A stretch of DNA of 64,000 bases. It comes from an uncultured Alphaproteobacteria bacterium. Lineage in GTDB: Bacteria; Pseudomonadota; Alphaproteobacteria; Rhizobiales; Beijerinckiaceae. The stretch is taken from positions 111,943-175,942 of the forward strand of contig CAWHZY010000007.1 in assembly GCA_963833955.1 (NCBI GenBank), given 5' to 3'. Below are positions 1-9,680 of the stretch, piece after piece. The notes beneath the pieces were generated by a model. It did no database searches and was not told the origin of the DNA. It saw only the letters and a list, made by a program, of their open reading frames with translations. A program made the position numbers and the translations under genes. Every line of letters begins with the position of its first letter. Positions within the stretch are counted from its first letter, which is position 1.

Positions 1-1084
1 TCTTCAGCCCGCGGATGAAGGTACTCGGTCGCATAGACGAGCTGATCGGGCGCCGCGCCCGCTTCCTCTCGCAGGCGCGCGAACCGCGACGGGCGCAATT
101 TGATGTCGGCGACGCGGATGACGTCGTCATAGGCCATGGCGACGGCGAGCCGCTTCGCCGCTTCCGCCGTGAAGGCGAAATTCTTCGTCGCGCCGCCATT
201 GGCCGTATCGAGCGCGGCGAGCTTCTGGAGGCGGCCGATATAATCGTCGCCGTAAGCCACGTCCTGGAAATCGACGACGCGTTTCAAGCCCGCGAAGGCG
301 AGCGGCCGCGCGTTTTCCGGCAAGTCCGCGCGCAGGCGCGCCGACGAGCCGGTTGAGCTCGGGATGGCCGGCGTTCTCCGGCAAGTCGTCGAGGCGCTTC
401 ACCGGGCCGGCGTTCGGGGCCTCGTTTTTCCCCTGCGCTCGCGCGATCAAAGGCGTCGGCGAAAGCGGCGAGGCTGGCGTTCGCGCCGCGCGCGCCTTTG
501 CGCACGATGTCTTCGTAAGCCGACCGCACGAACGGCAGCGCGCCGGAACCGGCGAGCGCGCCGAGCATCGCGGCCGAGATCACCGTGCCGCGTTCGACCG
601 CGAGCTTCTCCATGTCGAAAGCGATCGTCCGCCGGGCGGCGAAGTCGAGCGCGTCGACCACCACGAACGGATCGCCCGCGCCGTCGCCCGGCTTCTCCTT
701 TTCCGCCACCGCATAAGCCCGATGGGTCGAGGCGATGAGCGTCGTCTTGTCCGGCGTCACCAGTCCGCGCAGGACCGATCGGCCGGCCTCCATCAGTTCT
801 GCCGCCATCACCACATCGACATCGCCCGGCGTCGGCATGAGCGAGAAAACGGGCGCGACGCCGTTCCGCGGCGGCAGCGTCTCGATGTAGTAGATCGTCG
901 CGCCGGTGCGCTGCGCGACGCCCGGCACCGACGTCGATTGCGCCGCCCACCCAACATGCTCGGCGACCTCGACGATCCAGTCCGCCAGCACCCCGCCCCC
1001 TTGGCCCCCCATGGCGAGGATGGCGATGGCGAGCGGCTTGTCGAGCGAGACCGGCCGCGGCGGAATTGGGGCGGGTTCATTCAT
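1..1084 (-). CDS. iorB: Indolepyruvate ferredoxin oxidoreductase beta-subunit family protein (runs off window start; probable sequencing frameshift near 430)
   Basis: N-terminus AMGGQGGGVL...STSVPGVAQRTGATIYY; plausible continuation (PVKRLDDLPENAGHPEL...) in another frame after a G/A homopolymer; downstream of iorA-like gene. Confidence 0.8.
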
Positions 1085-1094
1085 CGGCGCGCCT

Positions 1095-1232
1095 CCCCTC
1101 TTCCCAAAGGGCGTTCGGAAGAACGCCCGTCTCTCGACGGGCTAGGGGAGAGGGGTCGGGGGTGGGGGTTCCTCGCCGCGCGCCCCTCATCCGTCGCGCT
1201 ACGCGCGCCACCTTCTCCCCGGGGGAGAAGGG
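1095..1232. repeat. Palindromic intergenic repeat family A (CCCCTCTCC..GGGAGAGGGG..GGGGTGAGGG..CCCTCATCCG..GCCACCTTCTCCC..GGGAGAAG), copy 1 with nested module
   Basis: Similar to 1311-1408 and 47426-47582; several hairpins. Confidence 0.9.
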
Positions 1233-1310
1233 TAAGAGCCCCGCCATGACCCACCATCCTACGCAAGGGCGATCCGGCGGGCTTCGTGGCGGCGCAAGAA
1301 CCAGCCGCCT

Positions 1311-1408
1311 CCCCTCTCCTACGGGAGAGGGGTCGGGGGTGAGGGTTCCTCGCGGCGACACCCTCATCCGTCGCGCTACGCGCGCCACCTTCTCCCCGGG
1401 GAGAAGGG
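1311..1408. repeat. Palindromic intergenic repeat family A, copy 2
   Basis: Tandem partner of 1095-1232. Confidence 0.9.
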
Positions 1409-1434
1409 GAAGAGCCGCCGCGCGACCCACCGTC

Positions 1435-3585
1435 TTACGCAAAGGCGATCCGGCGGGCTTCGCGGCGACGCAAGAACCAGCCGATGACGCGCTCGCGTAA
1501 AGCCGCGAGGCGGCGGTCCCAGCGGCTGGGATTGAAGATGATCTCGGTGCGGTAGAAGGACGGACAGAGGACCGCGGCCTCCGCGACTTCGCCGCAATTG
1601 CCGCAGCCGACGCAAGCGTTGTCCACTGCGGCGACCGGATCGTCCTTGAGCGGATCATCGGTATGTTTCAGCGACAGCGACGGGCAGCCCGAGAGGCGGA
1701 TGCAGGCGTGGTCGCCGGAGCAGATCGCCTCGTCGACGCCGAAGCGCTCCTTCACCATCCGTTCGCCGGCCGCGACGCTCTTCGCAAACAGCGGCCGCAC
1801 GCGCCGCTGCTTGTTCAGCATGCATTCGGACGAGGCGACGATGATCTTGGGGCCTTCGGCTTTGGTGGTCAAAGCCTCGCGCAAAGTGTCGCGGACCTTG
1901 GCAACGTCGTAAGTGCGGTCGATCTGCCTGACCCAGGTCGCGCCGACGCCCTTGACCGCGTCGACGATGGAATTGTTGGTTTTCCGACGCGGGTTGAGCG
2001 CCCTCGATGACGGAATGTCCTGGCCCCCCGTCGCGGCGGAATAAAAGTTGTCGACGATAAGGGTGACGCCGTCCTGCTTGTTGAATACGGCGTTGCCGAT
2101 CGAGGAGGCGAGGCCGTTGTGCCAGAAGCCGCCGTCGCCCATGACGGAAATCACGCGCCTGTCCGACTTCACATTGAAGGCGGACGCGGAGGCTGGCCCG
2201 AGGCCATAGCCCATCGTCGTCGTGCCGAGGTTGAAGGGCGGCAGGATCGAGAACAGGTGGCAGCCGATGTCGGCCGAGATGTGATGGGGCCCAAGCTCCT
2301 GCTCGACCAGTTTCATCGCGGCGAAGATCGGGCGCTCCGGGCAGCCGATGCAAAAGCCGGGCGGGCGCGGCGGCACCGTTTTCGCAAGCGCCCTGACCTT
2401 TTCGTGCGCGAGAATGGGCGCCGGATCGGCGACCGGCGGGTGATTGCGCAAAAGCTCGGGCGCATGGGCCAGAAGGAAAGCGCGCACGCCCGTGACGACG
2501 ACCGGCGCCGTATATTCGCCGCCCATCGGCAGGACGTCCTTGCCGGCGATCCGGGTCTGGATGTCGCGGCGGCGCAGAGCCGTGTTCAGCGCCTGCTCGA
2601 GATAGTCGGGCGCGCCCTCCTCGACCATCATGACCGCCGATTTGCCGATGCAGAATTCGACCATCTCGTCCTCGATGATCGGATAGGCGACATTGAGGAC
2701 ATAGATCGGAATCGAGGTCTCGCCGTAGACGTCGGCGAGGCCCAGCTGCTGAAGCGCGCGAAGCACGCCGTTGAAGAGGCCGCCGAGAACGATGATTCCG
2801 ACCGCGCCCTCCTTCGGCCCGAAGAATTCGTTGAGCTTGCGGCTCTTGATGAACTCGACCGCGGCCGGCCAGCGCTTCTCGAGCTTCTCCTTCTCCTGCA
2901 TGAACGAAGCCGGCGGCAGCACGATGCGGTTGACGTCGCGCGACGGATTCTCCAGCGCCTCGCGGAGCGTGAAGGCGGGCTTCTTGTTGTCCTTGGCGAC
3001 GAACTGCCCGTGCACGTGACAGGTGCGGATGCGCACTTCGAGCATGACCGGCGAGTTCGAGGCCTCCGACAGTTCGAAGCCCTCCTCGACCATGCGCACG
3101 AGCGTCGGCAGATCGGGGCGCGGATCGAGGAGCCAGATCTGCGACTTCATCGCATAGGCGTGGCTGCGCTCCTGCATGATCGAGGAGCCCTCGCCGTAAT
3201 CCTCGCCGATGACGATCAGCGCGCCGCCGGTGACGCCGCTCGAAGCGAGGTTCGAAAGCGCGTCGGCCGCGACATTGGCGCCCGCGGTCGATTTGAATGT
3301 CACCGCGCCGCGAACCGGATACATGACGGAAGCCGAGAGCGTCGCGGCGGCGGTGGCTTCGGAAGCGGACGTTTCGAAATGCACGCCGAGGTCGCTCATC
3401 ACGTCCCTGGCGTCGGCGAGCACGTCCATGAGATGCGAGATCGGCGCGCCCTGATAGCCGGCGACGTAGGAGACGCCGGATTGAAGCAGGGCCTTGGTGA
3501 TCGCGAGAATGCCTTCGCCGCGAAAGATCTCGCCGGCTTGAAGTCGCAAGTCCTGAACTTCGCGCTCGAAGGACCTTTCCGCCAT
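1435..3585 (-). CDS. iorA: Indolepyruvate ferredoxin oxidoreductase alpha subunit (TPP, ferredoxin-like C-terminus)
   Basis: GYQGAP, RPPGFCIGCPER, DIGC, TPP motif MGDGGFWHNG, Fe-S motif CVGCGNC. Confidence 0.9.
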   Translation of the reverse strand: MAERSFEREVQDLRLQAGEIFRGEGILAITKALLQSGVSYVAGYQGAPISHLMDVLADARDVMSDLGVHFETSASEATAAATLSASVMYPVRGAVTFKSTAGANVAADALSNLASSGVTGGALIVIGEDYGEGSSIMQERSHAYAMKSQIWLLDPRPDLPTLVRMVEEGFELSEASNSPVMLEVRIRTCHVHGQFVAKDNKKPAFTLREALENPSRDVNRIVLPPASFMQEKEKLEKRWPAAVEFIKSRKLNEFFGPKEGAVGIIVLGGLFNGVLRALQQLGLADVYGETSIPIYVLNVAYPIIEDEMVEFCIGKSAVMMVEEGAPDYLEQALNTALRRRDIQTRIAGKDVLPMGGEYTAPVVVTGVRAFLLAHAPELLRNHPPVADPAPILAHEKVRALAKTVPPRPPGFCIGCPERPIFAAMKLVEQELGPHHISADIGCHLFSILPPFNLGTTTMGYGLGPASASAFNVKSDRRVISVMGDGGFWHNGLASSIGNAVFNKQDGVTLIVDNFYSAATGGQDIPSSRALNPRRKTNNSIVDAVKGVGATWVRQIDRTYDVAKVRDTLREALTTKAEGPKIIVASSECMLNKQRRVRPLFAKSVAAGERMVKERFGVDEAICSGDHACIRLSGCPSLSLKHTDDPLKDDPVAAVDNACVGCGNCGEVAEAAVLCPSFYRTEIIFNPSRWDRRLAALRERVIGWFLRRREARRIAFA

Positions 3586-3855
3586 CGGCTCGCTCCTTCA
3601 GGTAATTATTTGCGTGAGCATATTTAGCGGCTCATGCGGTGTCAACGACAAGGCGTTGCTCACGGAAAAGGCGCGCGTGGCCTATGAAAAAGCGCACGCG
3701 CATATAAATTCCGCCTCATACAATTGCGCGTCTCCTGCTTGCCTCGCCAATTCCACTTTGCTAGCGTTGCGATTAACGGTCGGCTGAAGGTGGCACGCAA
3801 AATGCGAAGCCGCACGACATGCAACCGATGGCTCGGATGAATTGGGAGGTCATGC

Positions 3856-5391
3856 ATGGTGGAGGTCACTCGGCGCCAAACTCTGGCGCTCGGCGCGGGC
3901 GCGTTTCTCGCCGACCTGCTCGCCGCAGGCGCCGTTCGCGCGGGAGCCAGGGACACGCTCACCATCGCCTTTAACGTCAACCTGCCCTCGTTCGATCCGA
4001 CCGACGGCACCTCCGCCGTCAACCCGACCATCCAGGCGATCTACCGCTCCATTTTCGACCAGTATATCGGGCAGGCGCCGGATCTCACGCTCAAGCCTGG
4101 AATTCTCACGGCCTGGGGCTGGAACGACGACAAGACGAAGCTCTGGATGGACGTTCGCCCGGACGTCAAATGGCAGGACGGGTCGCCGCTGACGCCAGAG
4201 GATGTCGTCTGGTCGCTCGAGCGCGCCGGCAAGAAGGACAGCGCCAATCCCATTTCCTTCATCTGGTCGACCGCCGGAAATTACAAGATCGACGGCAACC
4301 GGATCAATGCGGACGCCATCCGCTTCGAACCGACTTTCTTCATGTGGATGGCGTTCCTGACCGGCTATGTTTTGCCCAAGGCCTATTACGAAAAGGTCGG
4401 CGCCGAAGGCTTCGAGAAGAAGCCGATCGGCTCGGGCCCCTATATGGTCGACGAATACCAGGGCAACGCGTTCCTCAGGCTCAAGGCCAATCCCCATTAT
4501 TGGGGCGAGAAGCCGGCGTTCGAGACCGTGATCTTCAAGTTCGTCCCCGACGCGACGACGCGCGTGGCCGAGATCGAGTCCGGATCCTCCGACGTCACGC
4601 TCGAAGTTCCTTATGAGGAATTCGACCGGCTCAAGAAAGTCAAAGGCCTCTCGGGCGTGGCGACGCCGATCACCGACATCGGCATGATCTTCATCACCAA
4701 CAAGGAGCCGATGCTGGACAAGAACGTGCGGCTCGCCGCGATCATGGCGATCGACAAGAAGGCGATCGTCGACCGGCTGCTGCACGGCTATGGCGTGCCG
4801 ATCGAGACCCTCGAAGCGCCCGAATATTCGGCCTTCGACCCCTCGATCAAGACGCCTTACGATCCCAAAAAGGCGATGGAGCTGCTCGCCGCCTCGGGCT
4901 ACTCGCCGGAAAAGCCGGTCAAGTTCACGATCCAGACGACGCGGGGCTTCAAGCCGAAAGATTACGAGATGATCCAGGCGATCGTCGGCATGTGGCGCAA
5001 GGTCGGGATCGAAGCGGATATCGAGGTCTATGAGATCGCCAAGCATTTCGAGCTCAGAACCACGCACAAGCTCGCGCCGGCCGCCTTCTACAATTGGGGC
5101 GACGCGATCGGCGATCCGACGACCTCGACCGGCTTCGCCATGTTCGGCCCCTCGCCGCATTCGGCCTGGAAGACCGCCGACCTCGACGCCAAGATCGGCC
5201 CGCTTTGGGGCGAGAAGGACGAGAAGAAGCGCATCGAAGGCTGGAAGGCTGTCGACGCCTATATCGCCGAACAGGGCTATGTCATTCCCCTCCTGCAATA
5301 CGTCCAGCCGATCCTCTACAAGTCGGACCTCAAGGTCATTCCGAACAAGTCCGGCGCCTTGCAGCCGACGCTCGTTTCGCCGGCGACCTGA
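3856..5391 (+). CDS. Peptide/nickel-type ABC transporter substrate-binding protein (Tat signal)
   Basis: TRRQTL Tat-like motif; VKWQDGSPLTPEDVVWS, PIGSGPY family 5 SBP motifs. Confidence 0.9.
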   Translation: MVEVTRRQTLALGAGAFLADLLAAGAVRAGARDTLTIAFNVNLPSFDPTDGTSAVNPTIQAIYRSIFDQYIGQAPDLTLKPGILTAWGWNDDKTKLWMDVRPDVKWQDGSPLTPEDVVWSLERAGKKDSANPISFIWSTAGNYKIDGNRINADAIRFEPTFFMWMAFLTGYVLPKAYYEKVGAEGFEKKPIGSGPYMVDEYQGNAFLRLKANPHYWGEKPAFETVIFKFVPDATTRVAEIESGSSDVTLEVPYEEFDRLKKVKGLSGVATPITDIGMIFITNKEPMLDKNVRLAAIMAIDKKAIVDRLLHGYGVPIETLEAPEYSAFDPSIKTPYDPKKAMELLAASGYSPEKPVKFTIQTTRGFKPKDYEMIQAIVGMWRKVGIEADIEVYEIAKHFELRTTHKLAPAAFYNWGDAIGDPTTSTGFAMFGPSPHSAWKTADLDAKIGPLWGEKDEKKRIEGWKAVDAYIAEQGYVIPLLQYVQPILYKSDLKVIPNKSGALQPTLVSPAT

Positions 5392-5478
5392 GCGCGCATA
5401 CGATCATCGCAGCCGAGGCGCGCACTGTGCGGCGGCGCCTCGCGCCTGCCGCGCGAGTGGTGAAATCGTGACGAAGCG

Positions 5479-6486
5479 ATGATCGCGCTCGCGATCCTCC
5501 GCCGTCTCCTGGTGGCGCTCGTCACCCTCGCGGGCGTCGCGATCGTCGTCTTCGTTCTCCTCCGGGTCGTGCCCGGCGATCCCATCGCGATGATGATCTC
5601 GCCGGGCGCAAGCCAGGCGGACATCGCGGCGCTCCGGGCGCATTACGGGCTCGACGGCAGCCTCCTGTCGCAGTTCGCCGTCTGGGTGCGCTATGCGCTG
5701 CGCGGCGATTTCGGAACCTCGATCTCGCTGCACCGCGACGTTCTGGCTCTCCTTGGCGAGCGGCTTCCCGCGACGCTCGAGCTCGCGACCGCGGCGCTCG
5801 AATTCGCTCTGATCGTCGGCGGCGCGGTCGCGATCATCGGCGCGATGGCGCGCAGGACATGGGCGGAGCCGGTCATCGACGCGGTCAACGGGCTCCTGCT
5901 CGCCATCCCCGATTTCGTATGGGCGCTCGCGCTCGTGCTCGTGTTCGGAGTCGTGTGGCCGCTTCTGCCGCTGACCGGCCGGGTCGATCCGAGCGTCAGC
6001 GCCGGCATGACGACGCCGTTCTATTTCGTCGAGAGCCTCTTACGTCTCAGGTTCGACGTCTTCTTCGATCTTCTCAGGCACCTCGCCCTGCCGACGCTGG
6101 CGCTCGGGCTTCCCCTCGCGGCGGTGATCGCGCGGGTGCTCAAGGGCGCGCTCAACGAGGCGATGGCGCAGGACTATGTGTTGCTCGCCCGCCTCAAGGG
6201 CATGTCCGAGTTCCGGCTCGTGATGCAGGAGGCTCTGCGCAACGCGATCGGTCCGACGCTGGCGCTGACCGGCGTTCAGTTCACGTTTCTCATCGGCGGC
6301 ACGGTGATCATCGAGCGCATCTTCGCCTATCCCGGCATCGGCAATATGGCGATCGAGGCGGTGATCAATCGCGACCTGCCGCTGATTCAGGGGCTCGTGC
6401 TGGCCTTCGCCGTCATCTTCATCCTCATCAACATCGCCGTCGATCTTCTCGTCGCGCTGTTCAATCCGAGGCTGCGCCGTGCTTGA
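5479..6486 (+). CDS. DppB/OppB-like ABC permease
   Basis: PGDP, GDFGTS, DYVLLARLKG (EAA loop), RDLPLIQG, NPRLR. Confidence 0.9.
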   Translation: MIALAILRRLLVALVTLAGVAIVVFVLLRVVPGDPIAMMISPGASQADIAALRAHYGLDGSLLSQFAVWVRYALRGDFGTSISLHRDVLALLGERLPATLELATAALEFALIVGGAVAIIGAMARRTWAEPVIDAVNGLLLAIPDFVWALALVLVFGVVWPLLPLTGRVDPSVSAGMTTPFYFVESLLRLRFDVFFDLLRHLALPTLALGLPLAAVIARVLKGALNEAMAQDYVLLARLKGMSEFRLVMQEALRNAIGPTLALTGVQFTFLIGGTVIIERIFAYPGIGNMAIEAVINRDLPLIQGLVLAFAVIFILINIAVDLLVALFNPRLRRA

Positions 6487-6513
6487 GCGCACGACCGAAC
6501 AGGCGAGGCGCCC

Positions 6514-7413
6514 GTGACGGAAGCCACCGCCTCCGCTGTTCTCGCTGGTTCCGGACCGAGCCTTGCCATGCGGCGTCTGCGGGCGCTCATGGCCGAGCCC
6601 AAGGTCATCATGGGGGGCGGCTTTATCCTGGCGCTGATCGTGATCGCGCTGTTCGCGCCGTGGATCGCGCCGAGGAACCCGCTCGACCAGGACCTGATGC
6701 TCGCCTCCCTGCCGCCGGCGGGACTGGCCAGCGCGGAGCCGGGCTATTATCTCGGCACCGACGACCTTGGCCGGGACGTGCTGTCGCGTCTCATCTATGG
6801 CGCGCGCATCGCGCTGATCGTGGCGTTCGTCGCCGCGAGTCTCGCGGCGCTCGCGGGCACGACGCTCGGGCTGCTCGCCGGCTGGTATCGCGGCTCGGTC
6901 GACGGCGTGATCTCCCGGCTTGTCGACATCTGGATGGCCTTCCCGCCGGTCCTGCTCTCGATCCTTCTCGTCGCCGTTCTCGGCGCCGGCGTCGGATCGG
7001 TCATCGCGGCGATCGCCATCATCGACTGGACGCGCTTCTGCCGCGTCGTGCGCGCCGAGACGATGGCGCAGGCTGAAGCCGATTATGTCACCGCGGCGCA
7101 CGCCATCGGCTTCCCGCCGTTCCATATTCTCATGCGCGAGATCCTGCCAAACATCGTCCCTGCCCTAATGGCGCTGGTCAGTCTCGAAATGGGCATTGCG
7201 GTCATCGTCGAGGCGATCCTGTCGTTCGTCGGCCTGTCGGTGTCCTCGGACACGCCGACCTGGGGCGGCATGATCGCCGAGGGGAGGCAATTCATCCATC
7301 AGACCTGGTGGGTGTTCGCGGCGCCGCTCGCGGCTTTGTTCGCGACCGTGCTCGCCTTCAACCAGCTCGGCGACGGATTGCGGCGCGCGCTCGATCCGGT
7401 GCTCCGGCGATGA
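6514..7413 (+). CDS. DppC/OppC-like ABC permease
   Basis: LGTDDLGRDVLSRLIYG, LPN, GDGLRRALDP. Confidence 0.9.
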   Translation: MTEATASAVLAGSGPSLAMRRLRALMAEPKVIMGGGFILALIVIALFAPWIAPRNPLDQDLMLASLPPAGLASAEPGYYLGTDDLGRDVLSRLIYGARIALIVAFVAASLAALAGTTLGLLAGWYRGSVDGVISRLVDIWMAFPPVLLSILLVAVLGAGVGSVIAAIAIIDWTRFCRVVRAETMAQAEADYVTAAHAIGFPPFHILMREILPNIVPALMALVSLEMGIAVIVEAILSFVGLSVSSDTPTWGGMIAEGRQFIHQTWWVFAAPLAALFATVLAFNQLGDGLRRALDPVLRR

Positions 7414-8276
7414 TTGCGCCGATCCTCTCCGTTCGGTCTTTAAGCGCGGTCTCCGAACTCGGGAACGCCGAGCCGATCCTGCGCAATGTGAGCCTCGATC
7501 TTGGGCCCGGCGAAACGCTCGGGCTGGTCGGCGAGAGCGGCGCCGGCAAATCCACCATCGCCAAGGCGCTGCTTGGCGTATTGCCGCGCACGGTCCGTAT
7601 CACGCAGGGCGAAATCCTGTTCGAGGGGCGCGACCTCAGAACCATGCCCCGACGCGAGACGCGCGCGATCTTCGGCGACGCGATCGCGCTCGTGCCGCAG
7701 GACCCGATGACCGCGCTCAACCCCGGCCGGCGCATCGAGGCGCAACTGACCGACGGCCTGCGGCTTCGCAGGGGAATGAACGCGCGCGAGGCGCACAGCC
7801 GAGCGCGCGAACTGCTCGCCGAAGTGCATATCCGGGACCCGCAGCGCGTGCTGCGCGCCTATCCGCACCAATTGTCCGGCGGCATGCGCCAGCGCGTCCT
7901 GATCGCCGCGGCCTTCGCGCTCGAGCCGAAGATCATCGTCGCCGACGAGCCGACAACGGCCCTCGACGTCACGGTGCAGAAACAGATTCTGCGGCTCATG
8001 CGCCAGATGCAGGAGGCGCATCGCACCGCAATCATCTTCGTGACCCACGATCTTGGCGTCGTGGCGCAGATCTGCGATCGGGTCATGCTCATGTTCGCGG
8101 GCGCAATCATCGAATCCGGCTCGACTGCGGACATTCTCTCGGCGCCTCGCCATGCCTACACGCGCGCCTTGATCGCGGCGGGGCCACGATACGATCGGCC
8201 TGACGCCGGGCTTACGCCCGTGCCCGAGGCTTTGGTCGCTGAGCTGCGGCTTGAAGTCGCTGACCCGCGCCGCTAG
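7410..8276 (+). CDS. DppD-like ABC ATP-binding protein
   Basis: [24 protein letters not shown]; ATGA overlap with permease. Confidence 0.9.
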   Translation: MIAPILSVRSLSAVSELGNAEPILRNVSLDLGPGETLGLVGESGAGKSTIAKALLGVLPRTVRITQGEILFEGRDLRTMPRRETRAIFGDAIALVPQDPMTALNPGRRIEAQLTDGLRLRRGMNAREAHSRARELLAEVHIRDPQRVLRAYPHQLSGGMRQRVLIAAAFALEPKIIVADEPTTALDVTVQKQILRLMRQMQEAHRTAIIFVTHDLGVVAQICDRVMLMFAGAIIESGSTADILSAPRHAYTRALIAAGPRYDRPDAGLTPVPEALVAELRLEVADPRR

Positions 8277-8288
8277 AGCAGGCTGCAG

Positions 8289-8701
8289 GGAATCGTCATT
8301 GCGAGGAGTGAAGCGACGAAGCCATCCAGAGATCGTAGGGCGCGGCGGCGACCCCTGGATCGCCACGTCGCTGCGCTCCTCGCGATGACGACGCGGTCAA
8401 ACGTAGCGCACCCTGGCCGCCGCATGGAATCGTCATTGCGAGGAGTGAAGCGACGAAGCCATCCAGAGATCGCAGGGCGCGGGGGCGACTCCTGGATCGC
8501 CACGCCGCTGCGCTCCTCGCGATGACGACGCGGTCAAACGTAGCGCACCCTGGCCGCCGCATGGAATCGTCATTGCGAGGAGTGAAGCGACGAAGCCATC
8601 CAGAGATCGCAGGGCGCGGGGGCAACTCCTGGATCGCCACGCCGCTGCGCTCCTCGCGATGACGACGCGGTCAAACGTAGCGCACCCTGGCCGCCGCATG
8701 G
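8289..8701 (+). repeat. Three tandem 137-bp units, each a palindromic repeat of family B (GTCATTGCGAG...CTCGCGATGAC) plus ~40 bp linker
   Basis: Units begin at 8289, 8426, 8563; units 2 and 3 differ at one base. Confidence 0.95.
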
Positions 8702-9537
8702 GTGAAGATCTTTTCATCGCGACCGGCGTCGAGGTCGCCTATGGGGGAAAACGGCGCCTCAACGGCGAACGCGTGGGCGGCGTGAAAGTCCTGCATGGCG
8801 TCGACCTCAGAATCGGCCGCGGCGAAACCGTCGGCATCGTCGGCGAATCGGGCTCAGGCAAGACGACTCTCGGCCGCGCGCTCCTGCGCCTCATCGACAT
8901 CGACGCCGGCAGCATCGCCTTCGACGGGCGCGACATCACGCGTTTGCCAGACGCTGAAATGCGACCCTTGAGGCGCCGCATGCAGATGATTTTCCAGGAC
9001 CCGATGACCTCGCTCAACCCGCGCCACACGGTGCGGCGAATCCTGGTCGAGCCGCTGCTCTTTCATCGCGTCGCGCACGACCGCGCCGACGCCGAGAGCC
9101 GGGCGCGAAAATTCTTCGATCGCGTCGGGCTGCCGCTCGCCTGTCTCGACCGGACGCCGCACGAACTTTCCGGCGGGCAGCGCCAGCGGGTGGGGATCGC
9201 CCGCGCCGCGTTATTGGAGCCGGACTTTGTGCTCGCCGACGAAATCGTCTCCGGCCTCGACGTCTCGACGCAGGCCCAGGCGCTGAACCTTCTTAAAGAC
9301 CTGACCCGCGACCTCGGCCTCGCCGTGGCGTTCATCAGCCACGACCTCTCGGTGATCCGGGCCGTTTGCGACCGCGTCTGCGTGATGAAATCAGGCCTGG
9401 TGGTCGAGGAGGGGCGCTGCGAGGACGTCTTCGCCGCGCCCAAGAGCCGCTATACAAGGCTCCTCATCGACGCGATCCCGCTGCCCGAGATCGACCCAGG
9501 CTGGCTCGATCGGGACGTGGCGCCGGAGGCCGATTGA
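8659..9537 (+). CDS. DppF-like ABC ATP-binding protein (start 8659 or 8698)
   Basis: [20 protein letters not shown]. Confidence 0.9.
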   Translation: MTTRSNVAHPGRRMGEDLFIATGVEVAYGGKRRLNGERVGGVKVLHGVDLRIGRGETVGIVGESGSGKTTLGRALLRLIDIDAGSIAFDGRDITRLPDAEMRPLRRRMQMIFQDPMTSLNPRHTVRRILVEPLLFHRVAHDRADAESRARKFFDRVGLPLACLDRTPHELSGGQRQRVGIARAALLEPDFVLADEIVSGLDVSTQAQALNLLKDLTRDLGLAVAFISHDLSVIRAVCDRVCVMKSGLVVEEGRCEDVFAAPKSRYTRLLIDAIPLPEIDPGWLDRDVAPEAD

Positions 9538-9680
9538 ATGCGTATGCGTCGCAAAGCAAGAAGACTGCGCTTCACGGTTGAAGTCGGCCTGAAAAGACCG
9601 TTTACTTCGATCGGCATGCGCGATGGGCGACCGAGCCATGCACGGGCTCGACTGATGAATTTCGGCGGAGGATTGGCGCA

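Noticed and set aside
8289-8701. CRISPR array
   Set aside because: The spacers are identical, the repeats are ~95-bp palindromes also found singly at 60651, and there are no cas genes.
8273-8717. Minus-strand repeat peptides (VIARSAA.WRS)
   Set aside because: Translations of the palindromic repeat, with no independent coding evidence.
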